From assembly GCF_026571515.1 (NCBI RefSeq), contig NW_026853744.1:1-64000 (forward strand): DNA of 64,000 nt, read 5' to 3'. The DNA is from Ruditapes philippinarum. Lineage: Eukaryota. Shown in pieces: positions 11,901 through 23,900 of this stretch. The notes under the pieces were generated by a model. That model saw only the letters and a program-made list of their open reading frames with translations. It was not told the DNA's origin and searched no databases. The translations under genes were made by a program, and so were the position numbers. The stretch's first letter is position 1. Every line of letters starts with the position of its first letter.

Positions 11901-14900
11901 TCCATGATATGACGAAACACTCCATGAAACATATGAACACAAGGTTAAAAGTCGCCATGTACCAATCCACGAGAACAAAAATGTAAAATCCAGCCTGTAA
12001 ATATAAAATACACATAAGTATCATGTCATGTACAAGTACTTAAATCATGTTATCATGTTATCATGTACACTATTGTGTATCAATATCAATCTGAAAATTA
12101 TACACAAAAAATCGGTTTCTGTATTGTGATGTCTTTCTCCTTCTAGTCGGATTCTGTATTGTGACGTCTAGCTCCTTCTAGTAAATTGTTTATTTTCCTT
12201 CTTATTCCGATTATGTAACACTTTCTAAGTCCCTGGTGGATTCTTTATACAACAAATCTCAGTATTTCACTGATTGTAATAAAAACATAAAGGTATGAAA
12301 TCAATATACAGTTGTACATTATTTAAAAGAATTTTTAAACAATTGATTCCAAATATAAATATAATTCTATAAAAGCCCGCAAAATTTTAACCCACAAATA
12401 GTTGCTGATGATTTGAAATATAAACTAACTGTCTGTCAAAGATTATTCAAATTCCATTTTCCCCATTAAACAACCCATGATCGATCACCGAAGATCCACT
12501 GCAGGAAAATTGTGATAATTTTTAAATACATATATAAGATAAGATCATACTAGGGGTATCATTTTTTCACCACATACAGTTACGAGTTATGAAATATTTG
12601 TAACGGTTGGCTTTAAAAGAAACATGCCCAATAGCTAGCCACTCAGAACTGTTTCACACAAGAAGACTCATATATTTTTATTCCTATATGAGTCTATATA
12701 AACTAAATGATTTTGACCCTAAGTCAATCATTCATAATTACCATTCATAATTTTTATAGAGTATCACAAGGTGATGTTACATGATAGATTTTTGCTGCTC
12801 TGAGCACTGTAGTTACGGAGAAGATTTTTAAGACAGGTATAAGTTTATGCAAACAAAAGTAACATCCCAGGGAAAACCATTTTAGACGTCATGGGCCTGC
12901 CACGAGGGGTACTTAGTTTTGAAAGTCTTGTTTAGGGTCAGTCACTTGTAAGGCCTGTTAAGGAGAACTACAGTGCCTAGAGCTTAGATATTCAGCATCT
13001 AACATTTCCAAGTAGAGAAGACCTCTTTAAAAGTTACGCTCTTTGCGTCACTTAGTGTTTATATATTATACATAGTAAATAGTGCTGCATATTAGCCTAT
13101 TTTAATATCATATTTAGAGGGGTAACTGGTCTATGTCAGGCAACAGCAAGTCTATGTCAGCCAAGTTCATACACCAAAATGTTCGTCTGGATATGTAGTT
13201 TCTGGAAAGGATATTAATTTGCCCAAACCCCGATGCGAAGCTGAGATGTCAAAGATGGCCACCAAATCCCTAAATATTCTAGTATATTTACTTTGACTTA
13301 TTTCTTTCTCATTTTTGTTAATCAATTGAAATTTTATATGAAATTTCTTATTTTTTACTAGCTTATGCTATAAACATTGACTTTATTGCATTCTTTTCAT
13401 GTTTTCATCGTCTAATTTTAACGAAAGAAGAAAAAATATGTTGCAAACTGGGTGTTCTTTTCTTAATATGTCTATACTTTATAGTTAAACTTTTCTCTGG
13501 CGGGTATTTGATAGTAATACTAGGTGCTTGGGGCGTAGACGGTAACTTGCACTTTTCAGTATCGTCCATAAACAGGCCCTATTAAACCGAGCATGCAACA
13601 GCAGGTTTCAAGTGTTGTGTGGTGGCCGTAAAATGTTGCATCTTACTTAATTTCAATGTTATATTTATAGGTCCTTTGGGATCATTGATTGCTTATTTTT
13701 TTAGTTGAGGATTGAATGCTACTAAATCGGTACTAAGATGTGTGAGAGATGTTGCAAATAACATTGTCTCTCATCAGACCCAATCATATCGAGCCTTAAT
13801 TATCAACTTTTCATTGTTTTATTGGCCTCAAAGGACCATCACTTTTCCTGAATTTTACAATCATAATGCAAATGACATGTTATCTGCACCTGATAGCTGA
13901 TTTACTTTTATACTGTTGTGAGAGGGATTTTATGTTAAAAATCTGGGAACAAAGTGATCCCTCGGAAGCATTAATCACAACAAAATTACAAGAGAATTGC
14001 AGACTCGGTTTGATTGAGTCTGTACATGAGGGATAATGAATACGTGCAACATCCCTCACGCACCCTAGCACCGGCTTGAGCGGTACTCAATTCTCAACAC
14101 TTAATAGTGCAGCATCAATGATCCCGAAGGACCAGAAAAATATAACAACACTGAAGTGAAGTACGGGGCAAATTTTTACAGCTGCCATACAGCACTTGAC
14201 ACCTGCTGTTGTGAAGTATAAAATTCTGGAAACAAAGTGATCCTTCGGAAGCATTAATCACAACAAAATTACAAGAGAATTGCAGACTCGGTTTGATTGA
14301 GTCTGTACATGAGGGATAATGAATACGTGCAACATCCCTCATCCCTTAAGTCTCTCTCCTAATTCACAACCGGAAGTTATACATAAAATAACACATCCCA
14401 CTACCTAGATGATATCCTTCACATTAATAATCCTTATATTGATCAAATTAGATCAAATGAAATCTCAAATATGTCCAAGTGAACTTAAAACGAATAAAAT
14501 AAACTCTTCATTTTTTTTAGATTTAAACATTCTATCCTTAACTATATCATAGTAACTATAAAATATATAATAAAGAAATGACTTTTAAATATCGTTTACT
14601 ATTCGCCGCATGTACTTCATACAACATCATGTTGGGTATATATTTAAGTTAATTAGATTTGCCAGGATCTGCTGTCGTGTGGTTGATTTTAAAAGAAAAC
14701 GCATGGACACAATGGTATCATAAATTACGTGAATATTTTACAAAGTTCTCCCATCGTAAATTCAGACATATTATAGAATTCAATTGTACTCTTTTACGAC
14801 TAGCTATAAGCAAGCCTGATTTCTTTGATCATGGGTCATGGTGGTTTTTATAAGCATTTTTTAAAAGAGGCTATGGCCCAGTTATTCTACAGCGTACCAC

Positions 14901-17900
14901 AAGCTTGGTGTTTGACTTTGACCCTTTTACAGTCGGACGCTACGCTTTCTTCATCTCTTTGTTGCATGGACGAAGTGGGAGACTTTATAATGGACAGTTC
15001 TAAATATATTTCACACTGAATTGTTTTAATTTTCGTCTTCTGTCTTGCTTTGTTGGTCCCTTAGGCGATTTTTTGTTGCTTTGTCTTCCATTCAGGCATC
15101 CCTATACATTTGTTGCCCATAAGGCTGTACCTTTTTGTACATATTTACATCATCATTTATGTGTTTTATTAATTTCGTCTTATGTAACCATGACAACTGT
15201 TAGAATTATACTTTGCGGGGATTCATTTTATTTACACTGTCTCGTCATATAGGAACATACCAATAGTTGTCATTGCAAGCTACAGTCCACATCTTCAATT
15301 CTACATTAACTAGTATAATTTTAAAGGAAGTGAAGAAACATCCAAAGATGTATTCTCACGACAGTGCAATGACTAGTTTTCCCCCCAATGTAAAAGGGTT
15401 TCGGGGCCAATTTTCCCACGAAAAACGGCTTTATATTTCCCCAAAAAAATAGAAAAAAAAATTGGGCAAAACCCCAAAATTTAAAATGTTTTAAAAAAAG
15501 GGGACAAGGGTTCAAAAGAAAATTTCAAAAAGCAAAAAACACCCAAAAGGGGGTTATTAAACCCGTTTTTTTAAAAATGGGGGAATTTTAAAAATCCCCA
15601 GAACCACCCCAACCCCGGAAAAATGTCCAAAAGAAAAAAATTTTTAAAATCCCCGCAACAAAATTTAATAATGAAAACCCAAAACCCGTTTCTTCATAAA
15701 AAACAATATGTTATATCCGATTTAATGCATGGTTCATGAAACTGAAGGTCAACAGAGTAATGATACATGTAGATACAAATATCATACTTTTAAAATGACT
15801 GGTTAGACAATTTAAGCGACTTTAACAAACGAATAACATTTCATTTAACATAAAAATAAATGAAAATGGCTTTTAGTATACTATTAAAAAACCATGCTTA
15901 TTAAATTGGTAATATATTTTTAAATAAATAATTAGATCTTAAAAGATACCTCTAACGGTATCATTATTTCAAAATCAACTTATGTTTATTTACTTTCGTA
16001 AATATTGTCATCCACATATATAATCAGCATAATCAAGGGATCAGACTTTCTCCAGATTTTTATTCGCATCTACTAAAATAGTAGGTAGGTTACGATTTGA
16101 CCAGTAATTCATTAAACAACAAGAAACAAATTATCATATTCCTTTATAATTGTGTTAATCTATTACATGGTATATGCAATAAAGGACCTATAATATGACA
16201 GAAACACAAAGTAGGGGGAAATAATTGATAGGACAAATAAGCACGAGTTACAACATTAGTTTAAAACTCTTTAAATGTAGCGCCTCCTATTTTATATGTC
16301 TTACTGCTTAATTGTAAACAAAGAGTTTCCTTCAGATATGATATGAATACATTTAAGCATTACTCTCGTGAATACATTACAATAGTAGAATAGCAAAATA
16401 AGTAATAAGTATTGCTCTGTTTAAGCATGGACAAGACTATCATAGCAAGAACCCATACGTTTAGTATTATTTTGCATATTTATGTATGAAACAGCAAAAA
16501 ACCATCTGTTTTCTCCAATAAAATTAAGCCTCTTCTTATAAAACGCTTTAAATGACCTTTTCCGTGTGCAATTGTTTACTTGAAATACAAAAGAGGAAAT
16601 AAATATGAGCCAACATTATTTTTTTAGAATATTTAGGGATCTGGCGGCGATTTGCAGAACTAAAAGTGTTTAAAAAATCTTCTCAAAAAGCAGAATGCAT
16701 AGAGCATTGACACTAATCATGTATCATCATCTTGTGTCTTTATGCATCAACTAAACACAATACATGTACATGTTTTTCTTTTTAAAAAGCCAGTGACCGG
16801 TCGGAGGATGGGATATTTACAAAACTAGGAATGGCCTGAAAGTAATTACTTACGGACGATGCTACTGGAAGACCAAGAACCGATAAAGCAACCACTACAA
16901 TGGCCGATATATGTAGTCTGTATTTTCCGTATTTCTTCAGATTCAGATCTAAAATAGCATTGGTAATGGTTTCGAACATACTAAACTGAAAATATGGAGA
17001 AAAAGAAGATAAAACAGTTAGTGATGATTCTACGAAAACGTCATTTGGCCTTTGTCTATTCACTCAATCAGTGTGTACTTAAACCGGTATTTTCTACAAA
17101 CTTCTTTATTCTTAAATGTTTTTTTGTTTGTATTTTGGGTTTTACGTCACATCGACACAGTATAGGTCATATCGCGACGTTCCAGCTTTACTGGTGGAGG
17201 AAGACCTCAGGTGCCCTTCCGTGCATTATTTCAGGCACGAACGGGCACCTGAGTAGAACCACCGACGTTCCGTAAGCTAGCTGGATCGCTTCCTCACATG
17301 AACGAATCCAAAGTCCCTGTCGGGATTCGAACCCACAGCGGTGAGGGGCAAGTGATTTGAAGTCGACGACCTTAACCACTCGGCCACGGACGCCCCATTT
17401 TTAAATTTAATAAGATTTCTAATGTAATTAATATTCGCCTGTTTTAAATTTTTATAAGAATATCTATCATCAAAGATCCATTGCTTAATAGTAAAGTCAG
17501 AAATACTGACACATTACTTATCATTTATGTTACTGTAGTATTCTAAAACCATTAATTATAGATGTTACATTAAAGTACATGTATATTAAAAAGCAAACCT
17601 GGGTATCTATGCCAACAAGTACCAAGGTAAGAAAAAACAGCACCGACCATAAATGAGGTAGAGGAAGGCGACTAAGGGCTTCTGGATAAGCAATAAATGC
17701 AAGCCCAGGACCTGGAAAAGCAGTTATATATTACGCACATACATGCTTGTTTTGTTTTAAACAAAATTTTTGTTAAAATTCACATATATTTTGTAATTAT
17801 TTTTAAATATTATTTACACATTATGCCTCAGAAACGATTATTTTTTTTTCTTTTTCAAAATAAGTTTTAAACAAATCTAAAGGAAACACTAGTCTGATAA

Positions 17901-20900
17901 GTAATGATAATTTAATGCATCACCATCAATGGATAACTGTGATAACCTACCTGAAAATGGGAGGTCATGCAAAGCAATTCCAGTCTCTCTAGATAAGAAA
18001 CCTAGTACTGCATACACCACAAGGCCTCCGTAAAAGCCAGTGAATACATCGGCCGTACAAACAATAACGGTATCTCTTAAAATAGATCAAATTTTTATCA
18101 TATTAAATTATATCAATCGAATCATTTGAAAATCACAATAGCCAGTTGCTGTGATAGAAAACGTACCTTTTTACTTTATTTAAGTGTTGTTATGTTATGT
18201 TGATACACATTCTGTTTAACGAAGAACAGTTGTTTCTTGTACATGTATTGTATTCTCATAGATAATCGGAGCTTAGATTTTTTGTTGGCTTTTACGTCGC
18301 ACCAACACTGTAAGGTTATGTGGTGACTTTCCAGCGTTACAGGTGGGGGAAAACTTCAAGTGCCTCTTGATCCGTGCATTATTTCTGACACAAACTGGAA
18401 TCTAAGATCTTCCACCATCGACGTTTAGTAAGCTAGCTGGATAGATTCTTCAAATGGAAGAATCAATAGTCCTTGGCGGGATTTGAACCATAAGCGGGTT
18501 TGAAGAACCACTTAACCACAACGCCCCTTTTGTGTACAAAATGAAAAAAATAGTTCAACAACCCAATCCGCCATTGGTAGATCCATTCTCCGACTTTTTA
18601 TTTGAATTACAAAATTTTTAACTATAAACACTGTTCTTTTGTTAACAAATACGGTGTGGTAAAATTCTTTTATTGTAATTTATCATTTAATCTAATAATT
18701 TAAAATAGGCGGATAAAAGTCATTCAGGATCTATGCATTGTGAAAAAGGTAACTTACCTAAGGGCATTGTGACTGAATTTATTGAAACTTGCCATGGTAA
18801 TAACACCGCCCCATGCGGGTCCAAGAGAATAAAAACTCATTACAGCTGCCTCGGTCCATAGCTATAATTTAATCAACAGACATAGTAAGTAAATTTATAT
18901 TTATACAAAGTACATGTGGTTTAAAGAAATATTTTGTTCAGTTTGATTCAATATAAAGAAAATTACATTTCATACAAGCATTTAATTGAATTACTTGTAC
19001 GAGTCAGTACATCTTAAAGTACACAAAGTAAGGATTCATGACTTATATTATAGTTTTACACTATATTTAGTATATGCTGCAAAGCTAGCGGATTTAAGTA
19101 AGTAATTAAAAGTCAATTTTAATACCTGTCCATTGAATAATTTTGTAAAATCAGGGACGAGGTACTGGCGAAGACCTATCCATGCCCCGTCTAGTGTGAC
19201 ACCACGAATCAACAGAATTGTTAGTAATACATACGGCATAGTAGCTGTAACGTACACGACCTTTGGTAAAACAGATAAAATAAGTTGTTATTGTCAACAT
19301 AATTTGGGTGTTCTGATAAGGTAACAGTCCCAAGAATAAATGGATGCATGACAGATTCCTTCGTCCACTGGTTTTAATGTTTCCAATCACTATTTATATA
19401 AGCCCCAAATGATACTTCTTAAATTTACAATGAGTGAAAACTAATTACAAGCGATTGATTAAAAATTCGCTGTTAATATGCAGTTATAATTTTCACATGT
19501 TAGACAAATCTCAAAGTAAATTAAGATGGATTTGAACTGAATAGATATATATGATAGCCAACCTTTCCAAGCGTTCTAACACCTCTCGCAAGACACAAAA
19601 AGACCAGAAACCACCCTAGAAATAGACATCCAATCAAATGGAGTTGAATCGATCCTATCTCTTCTATACCGTCTGATTTATGTAACACATTCCGCCTGGA
19701 ATTAAAATAAAAGTTATATTAACTCTGTCACGTTTGGGGTAATTGAAACTACTGTATAAACAGTCGTCTGTCTCTGCATACCGTTTATAATAAATGAGTA
19801 CCCTTTTTAGAAAATATCATTTCAGTGAGGGATTTTAAGGAACTCAACTGAGGTCCAAAAGACAAAAACATAAAATTTCAATTTCTTACATAGATCAGCT
19901 GGGATACTTACAAACAAAAGGACATATGCAAAAGATAATAATTAATTTACTCAGAAATATTTTGTATTTTGTACTATTTTTATCACGATTTCAGCTTCTC
20001 AATGCTTGCCAATTTTGAGTGAAAATGATCTGAAATTCTGTACACAAGTTTTTTGTCTAGATCTTCATCAAATAGAATGAATCTCGAAAAAAATATTTTT
20101 CTCTTAAGTCATTTCCATTTTTTTAAAGAACTCAGTAGTGTCCCTTTAAAATCCAGCATTTTCAACAAACACAGTAAGCTCATTATGATTAGTATTTAAA
20201 TATTTAAGTGTTGTCTTGACAGCAATATCAAAATAAAGTTTTCGCAACAATTAAGCGTTTCAGAATAAAACGAAAACAATAGCCATGTTTAAAAATGTTA
20301 AAATTTAAAAGATAACAACGGTATACACTTTCATTTGTCATATTAAACATCACTCACTCCCAAAATTCAGTACCAGAAGTCTTGAATAAAGCGTGTGTTG
20401 AATTCGTACTTTCATTCTGCATTTTCTCGCTTAAGTTTGTTCTAGAGTCTGAAATACATTTGAAGTTTTGGAAATAAATCATCACTTGCACTGGTATTAA
20501 ATAACAAAAGTATAAATTTTGATACAATCAACCACCAGTGGTGGTGATAGTTTTCATTCCGGATCACGGCAGTAAGCCACATTAATCACAGCAAAAGTAA
20601 CCTGCACCGACCGAGAATCGAACCCGGATCGCCCGATTCACAGTACAACGCTCTAATTATTGAGCAGAACCTAACAGTCGTTTTACGACTCTATGTTCTG
20701 GATACTCCAAATTTCAAATAAGTTGCAAAGTGGTTTTATATTCCTTATACCTTAAAACCTGCTTATGTCTGTACTACCGTTGACAATTTTAAGATAAGAC
20801 ACAACGTTTCAGTAAATTTATACTTTACCTGTATCTTTTTCACATGAGATAATGAGGAAAGTGCAAAATAGGGAACGATCTGAGATAAGCATCGTATACG

Positions 20901-23900
20901 TCACTGATAAGAGACCTGTTCTAAAAATAGCCACATATCGATAACTTTCGGACAAGGAAACTGGTTAATCTACATGTAGATTATACAACATGTAATGGTT
21001 ACGAATACTTTTATTCACATTTCTCTCAATGGAAATGATGTTCCTGGGGTTAAACTTGTGTAAAGCATGATTGAGATGGTTTAAAACCATCAGGAAAAAA
21101 AAGATGATATGGTGAAAAAGAAATAACTTTCGGGGCAATACTTTCCATGCATGTCAATTTGAGAAAAATGCCGGCGCTTGGCAATTTGTTTTTGTTTCAC
21201 TGTTTATCAAAATTAGAAATGGTGATATGATATGGTATGATTTTAAGAAATTGGGACTAAAAATGAAAAAGTATCTTTCTGTCCCAGATATACCGTACAA
21301 TTTTTTGTTTCTATGTAAAATACGCAGATTGGAGAAGTCATGAATCTATCCACCAAAGTGCTACCAGTATTAGATTAATGACTATAATATCTTAAATTAA
21401 TTCTTTAATAATTTTAGAATACGCAAAACTCTGCGTTTTTCCTATTTTACCTAATAAAAAATGCCGATTCTAGTAGTTACTTTATCAGAAATAATGTATA
21501 CGTACATGCATGCTTGCATGTATATTTAAACTGAATTGACAATTGAGGTCCGTGATTTAACATACACTGTTTACGTATAGACAATAAAATACATTTGTTT
21601 TTTTATTTTATGTCTCACACAAAATATTTGTTGTTAAAATCATCGCCAATTTAGAATTACTGGTGCATTTTGTAAACTTCGCCTCATCAATCAAAAGAGT
21701 CAAACTTTTTTTCCGCCTGAATGACAAAATCCGTTTTATTGACAAATATAGAGGCCAGAGCAGATTGTGACATATGTTTAAATTTAACTTTTCAAAAGTA
21801 CAGTGTGTAGTTGTCCCTTTTCTTTTCACACTAAATTCCATTTCCAACTTTTTTGCATTCTACAATTTCTTAAAATATTGCATGTAAACAAAGTAAATAT
21901 ACGCTGATTAACATCATGTATAGTGTGAACTCCCTAATCCCTTGTCCGAAAGTCAGTACAGGTGATGTAGTGGTGATAAGGTAAAATCTATTTTTAGAAC
22001 ATTGTTACCTTCAGATCGAAGGCTATTAAGTGTAATGAGATACGAAGTGTGAGACGAAAAAAAGTGTTTGAACACCACTCTAAGTATAAACCGGACAAGG
22101 TGCTTGAATGATTAAATGCTAAAATCTCGCCTTTTCATCCACCAAAATGCACTTAAGAACGGCTTATTTATCTCCTAAGACTGACTAATGATATATGATT
22201 ATGAATGAAAAATGTAAGAATCGCCGAAAAGAAAAAGAAGTTATTTTTCTACATGTTATCATGATTTATGTCAAGCGATTAGAGTTACTGCTACTAAAGT
22301 AGTGATTAAATCCGAATACAAACTTTATGTAAAATAAAGTAAAACCAGTAAACCTACCAATGCAATTAAATGTGTTCCAGGCATTATTACAGGACGACCA
22401 CCCAAGTGTAGGATAGAACGACTGGATTAAAAAGTACAGAACCCAAGCAAAGGCTATCCCATAATACCAAAGGTAAGTGAATGATATAATTATCATGTTC
22501 AATCCTATACCTGAAATATAAAATAAAGGCAAGCGCAAATTTGAAAGCAACGGAAGCAAAATGCAAAGGTTAAATATGAACACACATAAAAAGATCAACA
22601 AGGAAGGGCTGCGTTCATTAAACTCAAACTCTCACAACTCAGCAACCTTACAGACTCTTTATAAAAAATATACAGTACCAAGATAATTTTCCGAAATTAA
22701 GAATTTACAATAAATTTAACACTTATAGATCAACAATTCTCAACAACAACCAAAATCACTTGCTCCCAATCGGTGCTGCTCTGAAAAAGTAAAACTGTAC
22801 ACCATGAAGGTGTTCAAACTTCATAATTGCGCAATGTGTTCCTTTCATGAAACCAAAGAAAATGCATTATTGCTGCGATATTTTAAAAGCAATTGTTGTC
22901 AGATATAATGTTTTCTATATTCTGTACCAATGTCTAGTACATGTTCTATTGGAGACTATCCTCACATTAACCAGAGAGTCATTGGCTTTTCTCATAACAT
23001 CATATCAGGTTTTATTATCATGTAGATTCCTATTTTATCTCATTGTATTATTTTTATCGAAAACCTGTTTATGTGAATTAAGACAAAACATCTGTCTGAT
23101 TTTAACCCACAGCGGGAGTCATCTTGAAGTCATCGTTTTAGTTAATAAATTTTACAACATTTTTTAATGTACCTTTAAACAGCGGGCATATATGCCAAAC
23201 ATTGACAGGCGACTGGCCGGAGAACTGACCTAGACATACTTCTATGTAGTAGATTGGTCCACAGCATACGACCACGAATATCATAAACGGAACCAAGGCG
23301 ATACCTGCAAATACATTGAAGTTTTATAACGCTCTTACATTTGTATTTTATCATAAAATCAGTTAGAATAGAAATAAAGGTAATTCAAAATTAAAGCAAA
23401 GAGGGTTAATGAAAGTTATTTCACTAAGATTGAGAAAGGTATGTACCTTCTCACATAAGCGCAGACGTATAAATTTATATAAACCACGGACATTTTAAAG
23501 TCGATAAATGTTGTGTTGTTGTGACATTGATAAACGATTTTGTTTTTTCATACTGTCTATTTGATCATCGCAACAACCAAAAAAGATATAGTGAAACAGA
23601 TATAGAGGTTTGTAAAAGGTCAATTTGGATAGAAATAGACCTCCTTCTCTCCATCGCAGAGCATATTTTATTAAGATAAGATAAAATCGCGAGGAGTAAT
23701 AAATAAGTTGTTTGTATGGCTTTAGTAACAAGCAATTATCAGTTATCAATTGCAGGCAATAATAAAGTACCCTACCGGTTAAAACCCCACAAGAAATATT
23801 TCCGCGACTTTCTGAAAGTCAATGGCCTTTCTATTATGTCATTTTTGAATGGCATGTATGACCTTTGAGTTTTAGATTAACCTTAAGGATTTGTCTATAT

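Noticed and set aside
17188-17396. tRNA gene, and ORFs 17188-17379 / 16994-17275
   Set aside because: The tRNA-like head runs into a SINE core and A-rich tail with TSD; the ORFs are incidental SINE translations
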